A DNA stretch of 64,000 nucleotides from Corallochytrium limacisporum Hawaii (taxonomy: Eukaryota; Protista; Pluriformea). The notes below the pieces were generated by a model. That model had not been told where the DNA came from. It did not search any database and worked only from the letters and a program-made list of their open reading frames with translations. Made by a program: the position numbers and the translations under genes. Shown one piece after another: positions 43,277 to 53,230 of this stretch. The stretch is taken from the NCBI GenBank assembly GCA_002811645.1, contig PDIP01000134.1, positions 9,484-73,483 on the forward strand, written 5' to 3'. Positions within the stretch are counted from its first letter, which is position 1, and every line of letters begins with the position of its first letter.

Positions 43277-44486
43277 GGGCGCGCTGCAGTCCCGCACAGC
43301 TATGACCCGGCCGTGACCCGTCGTTTCCCACTTGCGGGATACTCTCCCTCCGTCCATCTCCGAGGGCAAGGTGTGAAGGACGGCCACCACCAATCCCTCT
43401 CCCCCGACCACCACAGTGCCAACTTGGCCAGAATCCCGAATGGCAGGCATTTCCCTTTCGTGTGTGCCTGTCCGACGCGGGAGAGAATAAACAGGAGTCA
43501 ACCCTGTGTGGCCGCAGTCCGTTGTTGTCCGTTGAAATGGAATGAAAAGCAACACGAGGTTAGGGGTTACGTAATGGGCCGCCATCGGGGTAAGTGAGCC
43601 AGAGCAAGGCGCTGACACCCACCGCAGTTCTTGCCGAGGGCGACACGACACCCACACCCACACGTATGTTTTATACACACGCATATGCCACACACCGTGG
43701 ACCGATGTGTGAGCTCGGGATCGATGAGCCAATAAGGATTGGTTCGATTTAGATGGCGGACAGTGTGGAGACGACCGGTCATATTGGAGCTCTGGCAAAC
43801 AGAGGAGAACTTTGCTGTCCGAGCACTTTACCCAGACGTGGCAATCAGTTTGCCCGACGCACCGGTCTGCCGTGCACAAGAGTGGGCCCTGTCTTTCGCC
43901 AGACGGGCTCTGGTGGTAGTATGGCGCGACTTCCCCTCCCTCGGGTCAGCAGAAAGAAAGAGAAAAAGGGGGGGGAGGGGGGGCGGAGAAGAAGACCCGA
44001 CCCGCCCGCCGCCCATTTGCAACCCGCCTCTCCGCGGGAGAGGGAAAGGGGGAAAAGCCCCCCCACCACCGCCAGCCCCCTTTTCTCTTTCTGCCGGCGC
44101 TGCGGGCCGGGAAGCGTGTCCAGGGGTGAGGTCGCGTTCGACCTCAAGGGCATGCATGCGGAAAGCGCGCGCAGCCAGGGTGTTGATCGGTTGCCAGCCA
44201 AGACAATCACTTTCCTGCCATTAAAGGGAAAGAGTGAAACGTTTAGCGCTCTTTCAACGGTACAGTTTTCAATACGCAACATGGTGTGTGATGCGCCCTG
44301 TGGATGTAATACGTTGTTATCAGTCAGCAACTGAGCCGGCCGGGTAGTGCTACCAGAGTCAATGGTCCATATTTTAACGCACTGTAATGTATGATACTGG
44401 TATTTGTGATTTTATGGCATCTTTCTCTGGCCATGAATGAGTAGATCAATAGCTGTACAGATGCATTGAGCTTAAAGAAAGACGTA

Positions 44487-45929
44487 ATGACCCAAGATTA
44501 CGGAAACATCGGAGTACAGAAGTTTGATCTCGACTCTGTGGCCCAACCAATCTCACTCAGGAAAAGCATTCAACTAATTGAGACGCCAACTAGAGGTAAC
44601 AAAGAGATCGTTAGTCGCAAATACCGGGACAATGGGTCCCTTCATAATGCCGATGCCGACAACGATACCGACAGCAAAGCCAAGAAGCGGTTAAATCACA
44701 GGGTCCACCTCGTCGATTCCAAGTACGCATACGGCCAAGTGGTTGTGCTCTTCATTTGCAGTTTGTTCTCAGGCATGCTAGGCCTAACCTGGGGTGTGTG
44801 GGTACCCCGCCTGGCCGAGGAATTTGATCAGTCCCTGGCCCTGTCTTCGTGGCCTGGTGCAATTGCAATGACACTCCGAGCTGCATGCGCACCGCTGGCC
44901 GGAGCCTGGGCGATTCGCTTCGGCTCACAGAGAGTGATCCTCTTTGGTGGTCTCTTGGCAGGAATCGGGTGCCTTGCGACTAGTTTCGCAAACGATATCT
45001 TCGAGATGTATGCAAGTTTTGGTTTTCTCGTGGGTTGGGGATTGAGCCTGACGCTGTACCCGGCCATTGGCCTGGTTAATCAGTGGTTTAAGCAGAAGAA
45101 AGCCGTTATGATGGGCATTGGCGCCAGTGGCACTGGTGTTGGAGGGCTAATCTATGCACCGTTTAAGGCCTATCTAATCCGAACTATCGGTTGGCGGGAT
45201 ACTTTCCGGGTGAGTGCCCTGCTTGTTCTGGTACTCACTGCCATTGCGGCTCTCTTAGCCGAGGACCGCATGCCTCCCAAAAAAGAGGTAAAGAAGACGA
45301 AGATCCCCTGGCACATGTTCCGCGACGGCCGTTTCACCCTGACCTGGATCAGTAATGTACTTTTCAGCTTTGGCTACCCCGGGCCATTCTTCTATCTCGT
45401 GACCTGGGGCGAAATGAATGGTCTATCCCATTCTATGGCGGCCTTGGGTGCTGGCCTGCTCTCCGGTGCCAATGGGGCCTCTAAACCCATGCAAGGCTAC
45501 ATTGGAGACAAAATCGGTCGCGATAAGGTCCTCTACTGCTCGTTGGCTTTAGCGGGAGTCATGCTCTTCGTATGGACACTCTGTCGAAATGTCTGGTCCA
45601 TCTATATATTTGCCATTATCTCTGGATGGTCCACTGGAGGCCAATTCGGGCTGCAGGCTTGCATTCTTAGCGATTGGTACAGTGATATGGATAATACCGA
45701 TATCGTGGGCCTCGGGGGATCCGGTCGTGCGGTGGGAGAGTTGGTGGGACCGGTAGCCATTGGTGCAGTCATTGCGTCGTCACCGACAGGGGCGTTCATG
45801 ATGAGCGGTGGTTTGATGCTTGGCAGTGCACTATGCTGTCTACTTGCTTCCCTTTGGCCGGCAATTACAGGTCGCAATGAGCCTGATGCGTCAACAAAAA
45901 AATCCTACACAGTCACAAACACAGATTAG
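44487..45929 (+). CDS. MFS transporter, monocarboxylate porter (SLC16/MCT-like) family
   Basis: About 12 hydrophobic helices; DSKYAYGQVV (MCT N-terminal motif position), RFGSQRV, QWFKQKKAVMMGIGASGTGVGG, GWRDTFR, GYIGDKIGR; first ATG at 44487. Confidence 0.9.
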   Translation: MTQDYGNIGVQKFDLDSVAQPISLRKSIQLIETPTRGNKEIVSRKYRDNGSLHNADADNDTDSKAKKRLNHRVHLVDSKYAYGQVVVLFICSLFSGMLGLTWGVWVPRLAEEFDQSLALSSWPGAIAMTLRAACAPLAGAWAIRFGSQRVILFGGLLAGIGCLATSFANDIFEMYASFGFLVGWGLSLTLYPAIGLVNQWFKQKKAVMMGIGASGTGVGGLIYAPFKAYLIRTIGWRDTFRVSALLVLVLTAIAALLAEDRMPPKKEVKKTKIPWHMFRDGRFTLTWISNVLFSFGYPGPFFYLVTWGEMNGLSHSMAALGAGLLSGANGASKPMQGYIGDKIGRDKVLYCSLALAGVMLFVWTLCRNVWSIYIFAIISGWSTGGQFGLQACILSDWYSDMDNTDIVGLGGSGRAVGELVGPVAIGAVIASSPTGAFMMSGGLMLGSALCCLLASLWPAITGRNEPDASTKKSYTVTNTD

Positions 45930-46147
45930 ATAGAATCATATATGAATTGTATAGACGTGGCCCACGATGTATGGGGTTTGAGCTGCTCAAGACCCGGTGT
46001 CCTACTGTCCATCTGTTTGGGTGAGCACAGGACCGATCCATGCCTCACTAGTAGTTCAAAGAAGCCATATTGGACAACACGAGACTTTCTAGAACCTCAG
46101 AAACATACTCAACTACTTGTATATCAATACTTCGCTTCTAATTCAAC

Positions 46148-46521
46148 ATGAAGTCCTTCGCTGTCCTTGTCCTCGGTGCTATTGTCGGTATGGCCACTGC
46201 GTCACCCGCGGTCTGCGTAAACCCACCGACGTGCGAAATCACCACCGATTGCTGTGACCGGAGTATTTATGCGCAGAAGGCTTTTGGTGAATGCCAGACT
46301 CTAATTCCCCAGTCTGGGTACATCAACGAGGCCTGTGAAGGTGACGGAGAATGCCGGTCCAGTAATTGCTTGTTGACCCCAAGAAAAACGGCGACCCCTG
46401 TGAATACGACATGAATTGCGGGGGAGGCTGGTGCGCATCCGAACTCGGATCTGATACAGGTGCATGCGCTGACCGTTGCAACTCCTCCGATCCCCCCAAG
46501 TACAAAGCTTGCCCCCAGTAA
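46148..46521 (+). pseudogene. Frameshifted paralog of the knottin-containing secreted protein at 48457
   Basis: MKSFAVLVLGAIVGMATA-SPAVCVNPPTCEITTDCC...; a deletion near 46370 shifts the frame; the rest (KNGDPCEYDMNCGGGWC...CADRCNSSDPPKYKACPQ*) runs to TAA at 46519-46521; one knottin Cys lost; TATA box degraded. Confidence 0.85.
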
Positions 46522-46960
46522 AGGCTTTCACAAGAGTGAGCGGATGTACCCCTCCTGATCCAAAGTGGATCTAATTTGCTGGTTACCCGTTTGCTCCTAT
46601 AAACACGGGCCGGTACCACGGACATCTACTTTGAACAGTTGTCTTCGCAAACCTGTAACTGACTCTCTCCGTTTCACTGCGGAAAAGCCAAAACGTTTGG
46701 TGACTGTGAAGTACTAGGAATATACCAATGTAGGCCTTGACAGTCAAGATACGAAACCTCCCTGACGTCCCTGTCGTCCCTAAGTTGAAACGGGCAGTGG
46801 AATGTCAATTGTCAGCAAAGCTCCAAAGTCCTCTAGAAAGTGTTCCTTACATTTTTGTCGCGACTTCCAATGTCATGCACGGGCTACCGATGTGATATAG
46901 GCAATGGTGTGGAAAGAACACCAACCGCAACAGGGCTTTAGGCGTGAAGGTGTACTTCGG

Positions 46961-47450
46961 TTAGCGAGACTTTGGTGTGGCACACTCACACAAGTGGTGG
47001 CTGTGGTAGCGTAGACGGGCAGTGGGGCACTGAGTTCGATCAGGAGGGAGAATAGCTTTTCGGTCATGAAGCGTTGGAAACACTTCCCACCGTACAAAAG
47101 GTAAGTCCATGCCTTTCTCAAAGGCTGACCCACACGATGGCACTTCGAAACAGGTTTTAAACGGGAGATTGCGTCGGTGGCCTGGGGAACCTAGGTGAAT
47201 TGCACTGAGTTTCATCTCGGATGGCTTCGAGGGACAAATTGTACAAGATAATACAGTGGCACCATGCACCACTTAGTTATTCCATCTTTCTGAAATTCGC
47301 CCCAGTGACCTCGGATCCCCAAATCTTGGGGAAGCACCGCGGGCGTTAGGCCGCTATCATCTGGCCAAGCAAGCATGTGTCCCCTACACCCGTGTACCTC
47401 TTCTTGGTCGTGGTTTGACCACGATCGCAGATGTGGACACTGACGTTCAG
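46961..47450 (-). pseudogene. Probable zinc-finger gene relic (matrin/U1-type finger plus degenerate C2H2 fingers)
   Basis: CTICPSKPSEMKLSAIHLGSPGHRRN = C-x2-C-x12-H-x5-H at 47245-47177, followed by FKTCFEVPSCGSAFEKGMDL; no ATG and a stop immediately upstream. Confidence 0.4.
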
Positions 47451-48231
47451 ACGCACTCAAAGGCACGAGATATACTTGACACCCACTGGAATTGACTCGG
47501 AATCCCGTTTCCAAGTGCCCACGAATAAGCCAGGAGATCGAACCACGGCCGTGCCACTGGTTCATCCATCCGACAATTTAGGTTTCAGGTCACAACAATG
47601 GACTCCAAACTTGCTCTCCAACGCTTTCCGCTTCCTAATGGAGAAAAAATGCGGAGAGGTTTTGGCTCAAAACACAAAAAAATGTTAAATAAGGTCCCAG
47701 AAAGTGCCCGGTCGGTCTGGCAAGGGCACAGGCAAATCGGTCGCGCCCAATACTGCAGGAGTGTCCAGGGCAGGGTGGGGCGTTTCAGAAACACATAATA
47801 AGGTACACAGGGTCCCAACTTGGCTTCGGATAGGGGGTTAGGATGGTGGGGGTAGTCCACCCAGAGTAGGACCGGGCCGCAGGGGTCTCCGTCTTGTGGG
47901 AGCAAGTGAATCGTGATTGATCGTCAAAATACGCCCGTCGAGGTAGTATTTTGCACCCTATCTGTAGATGACAGCTATCCGTGGGCAGTTTGTATGCTTT
48001 TGTTTACTGCATATCATGTAAAGGGGAAGAAGAACGATGCCGATGACAGACCATGTACATTGACCAAATCTTAGCAAGACCTCGGAAAGAGGGACGGACC
48101 GACCGTCCAGAGAACGTTGCGTCAGTGAGCAAGGAGATAAATCTTGACCTCAGCGGTGTGCAGGGGACCACTCTAAAGTGTCCAACTTTCTCACTTGTTG
48201 CACAACAGCACAAATATGGCACGAAGGAGAG

Positions 48232-48352
48232 CATGCTGACTGTCGCTCACAGGGCAACATCATGTTGATTGTTGCACACCGAGATATCATGCTGACTGTC
48301 GCTCACAGGGCAACATCATGTTGATTGTTGCACACCGAGATATCATGCTGAC
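48232..48352 (+). repeat. 56-bp tandem repeat x2.2, built of two related 28-bp monomers
   Basis: CATGCTGACTGTCGCTCACAGGGCAACATCATGTTGATTGTTGCACACCGAGATAT at 48232 and 48288, partial third copy at 48344. Confidence 0.95.
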
Positions 48353-48362
48353 CGGCACAAAT

Positions 48363-48375
48363 AGGTATATAAAGG
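48363..48375 (+). promoter_or_regulatory. TATA box AGGTATATAAAGG
   Basis: 82-94 bp upstream of the ATG at 48457. Confidence 0.65.
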
Positions 48376-48456
48376 AAGCCATATTGGACTACGAGAGACC
48401 CATTTCAAGGTTCCAAAGCATACTCAAGTATATGAATACTTTGATCTCTATTCAAC

Positions 48457-48888
48457 ATGAAGAACTTTGCAATTATTTGTCTCGGAGCCGTTGTCGGTGT
48501 GGCCAGTGCGCAACCCGTGGCCCAGTGCACGAACCCACCAACGTGTGAGACAAACATGGACTGCTGCCGCGAACCGAACCCGTACTATCCGAACCAGTAC
48601 TATTGCACTACGACTAACGGCGAGTGTAAAACCACCCAAGGGATGATGTACTATGTGGTTAACCAAGAGGGATGCCAGGTGGACAAGGACTGCTGGTCCA
48701 TGAATTGTGTAAACAGGATCTGCCTCCCTTCCTTGAATGCAGACAAGAACATCGGCGATGACTGTGAATTCGACATGGAATGTTTCGATGGCTGGTGCAA
48801 ACCTGATCCCGATCGTCCTAAGGGTGTTTGCAAAGACCGCTGCGAAAGCAGTGATCCCCCGAAGTGGAAAGCTTGCCCCGCCGAGTAA
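48457..48888 (+). CDS. Secreted Cys-rich protein: N-terminal knottin plus two C-x5-C-x4-C modules (143 aa)
   Basis: Signal MKNFAIICLGAVVGVASA; C-x5-C-x5-CC-x12-C-x6-C; GDDCEFDMECFDGWCKP...CKDRC...DPPKWKAC shared with 46148 and 61200. Confidence 0.9.
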   Translation: MKNFAIICLGAVVGVASAQPVAQCTNPPTCETNMDCCREPNPYYPNQYYCTTTNGECKTTQGMMYYVVNQEGCQVDKDCWSMNCVNRICLPSLNADKNIGDDCEFDMECFDGWCKPDPDRPKGVCKDRCESSDPPKWKACPAE

Positions 48889-49697
48889 AGCCGTCTACGT
48901 CCTCACCAACTAGGCCTGCCTGTCTCCAGTAGTGCTCTCAGACCCAAAAGTGTACGCACTGTCCGTAGGTCCCCAAGACGGAAGTTGGCTTCTTGGCGAT
49001 TGAGACATCATCAGCAATAAAATCACAAGAGTTCTTGACGTTTTTAAGTGTCAAACATTCGAGAGTTCCTAGTACGGTGCTGCTGTAAAGCCTCTCCCAA
49101 AAAAGATATAATCTACTGGGCGTTTGGCCTGAGGGTGATGACAACCGACATGTTTGCGAATCGATGACTGTCAATTTAGTGACTCAAAATTGTTAGCATT
49201 AAACAGATTTACGCCTTGACACGTAAATGAACCACATAGTGTTGTGCTTTAGATTGTTTTACCCTTTTCCTGCCCTTACTGTGGATCCAGGCGGTGATGC
49301 TTGTATGTCCAGATTGATGCGCATGCCTAAGTATTGTGCTGGCTCGACCATGCAGCCGATAGGTATTTTGCGCCGCAAATACTGTGTTTTATTTTACCGA
49401 TGAGGACTGACTCGAAGTACAAGCATGGAAAAGTGGGTCTTATCTTGATGTTTGAAAGTAGCTGCTAACAACGCTGTGGTCAGGCACTGAAAATTATTGG
49501 GACAGTGATAGGGTCTTCGTCCCCATGCATTCTGTCATAGGGAATACTCGTTGTAGCATACCAGCTTGCGCAAGGCTCCCCTGTTTTACTTTGTGGTCTG
49601 AATGATGTGCGAGGGTATGGTGTTAAAGAAATATTTTGTGCTCCGTCAGTAGACAGTGACCGGTTTCGCTTCGTTAAGAAGAGTCTATACTGTGATC

Positions 49698-50690
49698 TCA
49701 CGCCACAGTAATGCACTGGTTCTTTAGAGCGAGTCCTTCAGATCCGGTTTGGGCCAATTTCAACAGCGTCTCTTCTACGTCGGCTTGACAAACTGGACCC
49801 GAATCTGACTCCTTCATCTCTTTGACCACCTTTTCAGCTAGCTTACTGGGCTTTAGGGCCTTTCCTTCCTGGTTGAGGATATCAACCGCAGCTGTAGCGA
49901 TCAAATTGGAAGACAATTCATGTGGTCCATCACTAGTCGATTCGTCTGTACCATTGTTCTGGCTGGCCACCGTAATGCACTGACCTAGTAGAGCAAGTCC
50001 TCCTGAATCGTTTTGGGCTAGTTCCTGCAGTGTATCTTCTACATCGCTCTGACAAACGGGACCCGAGCCTGACGTCTTGATCGCTTTTGCTACCTTCTCT
50101 GCTAGCTTACTGGGTGAGAGAGCGTCTCCTTTCCCGTTGAGGTAATCAACCGCAACTTGAGCGATCACATCGGAAGGTGGTTCAGATGGTCCACCACTCG
50201 TTGAGTCACCGCTGCTATTGTTCTGGCTGGTCACCGTAATGCACTGACCGAGTAGAACAAGTCCTTCTGAACCGTTACTGGCGAGTTCCTGTAGTTGCTG
50301 CTCTACGTCGCTTTCATTAGGAACTGTGCCAGAGCCTGACTTCTTGATCTCCTTGACCACCTTCTCTGCCAGCTTGCTGGGAGTAAGAGCATCTCCTTTC
50401 TTGTTCAGGTAATCAACTGCAACTGCAGAAATTGTACTAGTAGATGATTCCGGTGATTCATTGTCGGTTGAGTCGTCCGTTGAGTCGCTACTGCCATCGC
50501 TTTTACTAGACACAACGGCAAGGGTAACGGTTAATGAGATAATCACAAGAATAGCGATTGCAGCGGCAGCAAAAAGGAAGCGCTTGCGAGAGTTCGGCTT
50601 CTTCTGTCCAGGTTTTATATAGGAATGGATGCTGTCAGGGTCCAGAGGACTCTGGGAGGAGACATCGTGTGGTAGTTCTGTACTGGGCAT
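49698..50690 (-). CDS. Type II membrane protein with three ~80-aa tandem repeats (winged-helix-like)
   Basis: Basic RKR before the TM segment FLFAAAAIAILVIISLTVTLAVV; Ser/Asp stalk; repeat AVD(Y/I)LN..G.AL.PSKLAEKV.K..K.S.SG.V...DVE..L..LA.....GL.L..QCITV x3. Confidence 0.88.
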   Translation of the reverse strand: MPSTELPHDVSSQSPLDPDSIHSYIKPGQKKPNSRKRFLFAAAAIAILVIISLTVTLAVVSSKSDGSSDSTDDSTDNESPESSTSTISAVAVDYLNKKGDALTPSKLAEKVVKEIKKSGSGTVPNESDVEQQLQELASNGSEGLVLLGQCITVTSQNNSSGDSTSGGPSEPPSDVIAQVAVDYLNGKGDALSPSKLAEKVAKAIKTSGSGPVCQSDVEDTLQELAQNDSGGLALLGQCITVASQNNGTDESTSDGPHELSSNLIATAAVDILNQEGKALKPSKLAEKVVKEMKESDSGPVCQADVEETLLKLAQTGSEGLALKNQCITVA

Positions 50691-50777
50691 GACTATTCCT
50701 CAGGATTCATTCGTCGTTTTCTTGCAAGTTTCGAAATAGAAATCGGATCATTAATGAACGAATCACATGATCATACC

Positions 50778-50791
50778 CCTTTATATATACC
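50778..50791 (-). promoter_or_regulatory. TATA box GGTATATATAAAGG
   Basis: 88-101 bp upstream of the ATG at 50690. Confidence 0.6.
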
Positions 50792-52461
50792 ATTCGAGCA
50801 CAGTGTGCTTATAAACGCTTATGGACGCCTGTATGGTACACCTATGGACGGAAAACATAATTCCTTCCATGGTGTCTGCCTCAAGCGGCAACAGAACTTC
50901 CATCTTCCCCCCCCCCTTGGGGGGCTCCCCTTCCCCGGCAGGCCCCTCTCCGATCCGCTGTCCCCTTGCTCTCCCCAAGCCAAGTTGGACACAAAACACC
51001 GGCGGCCCACGGGGCCATCGTCGTGCGAAGAGTGCAATGACCGAATTTGGGTTGATCGCGCCGGCAACTCCTCGACTGTGGCCCAACGAGAGGCACTGCC
51101 GTAACCTTCCTTGCGTCTTCCATGCCTTCTTGAAGGGCACACAGCCCACAATGCGTGTGCAAGAAAATAGCACACCCCCCCTCTGGTGTGTACAGCTTGC
51201 CGCACTTGACATCCGAAGTAGTCTGGGCGAGTTTGAGAAGTCGAGGGTTCGTCACCACCGGCGGAGATTGCGAGCGTATTCGATTTGCGGTGTCGGCTGG
51301 ATGGAATTTTGGGGTGTCTGGGAGTGTGTGGAGAGGAGCCATGTGTTTTCGTTTGCTAATTTATGAGAGATGGTATCGGAGTAATCGAACCGTATGATGT
51401 CCACTGTGTGTTGACAATGCGTATCCTCTTGTAACGCAGTCCGTCCCACTCCTTCTTGCTTGTACTCGTTCTTAGAATCCTCTTCGAATCAGACAAACAT
51501 TTTCTCGTCCCACACTTGGTGAGTAAATTCACACCCTAATGCCTTACCTTCCCGATCCCGCACAGGTAATATAAGCTTATCCGGGTCGTATCAGATACAA
51601 CCTTAGCTTGGTGGCCGTGATACGCTAGCATGTATACGGTTTTGCTTGGGTCAAGAGCCTTCTGTTGATTTTTCTCTCCTGTATTTCCATGTCTCGTATT
51701 CCATCAGTTTTGCCTCACTCTGCCGTCTTCCGCGGACTTTCACAAAGCGTTGATGGTTAAAGACGAACCCCACAGTTTGAAACCTCACTTCGTCCAGAGC
51801 GGACCAAGGATGTCACTGGGTGTATCGGCGATTCAACCTGGACGACGCTGGCATCCAGACCTGAATCACCAACCACGGTACTGTCCGTCTGGGAGAGGTC
51901 TCCCGGGTTCTGGTGTTTATCCTCGAGAAGGGACTCATCACCGCGTACAAACAGATCCTCTGCGATTCAACTTAGAACGTGTTAGAATGTCACCGCCCCA
52001 TGGTTCCTGATGACTTGATGTGCAATAAGAGTCTGACTGAGCAGTTCTCATTGTCACATCCGATCTGTACACATCGGCAAACCAGCAAAACCTCTGCGGG
52101 ATTTGTCTAGATTCTTCAAAGTCTTGCCCACCTCAGACCCAACATCAGCCTGTGGAGATAGTGCATCGACCCCACCAGTTCCATCACTCCCTATCTGCGC
52201 GCAACACACCTCCGATTGTCCACGAACCCTCGCATTGCTATTCACGAGCTGGTATATAAAATATTATGGGCGACTTTGTAAATATCGAGCAGGGAACAAT
52301 TAACCTCCGACAATGAATTACCAACCGTATGATTCGCCTGCGGCCGCTTATCACACCCTCCATTGAAATCCTGTCAGTGCCCACCCGTTTTTGTTCCGCA
52401 GAATTTCGCACCAACTCCGGGAGATTTCCCCCCCCCCCCTCCCCCCCCCGCGTGAGTAACT

Positions 52462-52685
52462 NNNNNNNNNNNNNNNNNNNNNNNNNNNNNNNNNNNNNNN
52501 NNNNNNNNNNNNNNNNNNNNNNNNNNNNNNNNNNNNNNNNNNNNNNNNNNNNNNNNNNNNNNNNNNNNNNNNNNNNNNNNNNNNNNNNNNNNNNNNNNNN
52601 NNNNNNNNNNNNNNNNNNNNNNNNNNNNNNNNNNNNNNNNNNNNNNNNNNNNNNNNNNNNNNNNNNNNNNNNNNNNNNNNNNNNN
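52462..52685. other. Assembly gap (N)
   Basis: Run of N between C/G tracts. Confidence 0.99.
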
Positions 52686-53230
52686 CCCCCGGGGGGCCGG
52701 GGGCGGCCCGACGAATCCATCCAACTGTTCATTCAACCAGGTCATGGTCCTGCTTTACAAGAAAATAGATAGCCTCGCGTGTGCTAGACATTAACTGGCC
52801 CCTTATGTGTGCCAGTTTCCTGACTGGATGCCGGGCCTTGGGAGAGTCCTGGAAAGATATGAATTGCCGCAGATGCCGAGTGTTGCGCCCAAAAGATTTT
52901 GCTGTAACATTTTTACGCGCGATCCCTGCATCGCCACACATCAGTGCGGGAAGAAGGGACACGCTCGATGCTCCTGTGTGTAAACTTCAAGCGCATAAAA
53001 TTAGCTGATGAACCAAACAGGACCTCTTTGTGTTGCGGAAGCTTTCAATCGTTTCCGACAAAGCTGTTTTTGCTATTAAGAGCCGTATGATGGAAAGACC
53101 CCCTATTTATGTATTATATGGAAAACTGCTAACGGAGTATTATGTGGGATTCTAGCCCCTAAGTGTTGACCATCACTCACAATGATGATGATATGACGGT
53201 CATTATTGACCCTTCCTAAGTGAGTTGTGT

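Noticed and set aside
48232-48352. Tandem repeats as CRISPR arrays (also 18034-18138)
   Set aside because: No unique spacers, no cas genes, eukaryotic context.
51215-51240. LLKLAQT match to the winged-helix-like repeat just upstream of that gene
   Set aside because: Seven residues with different codons and no flanking similarity; compatible with chance.
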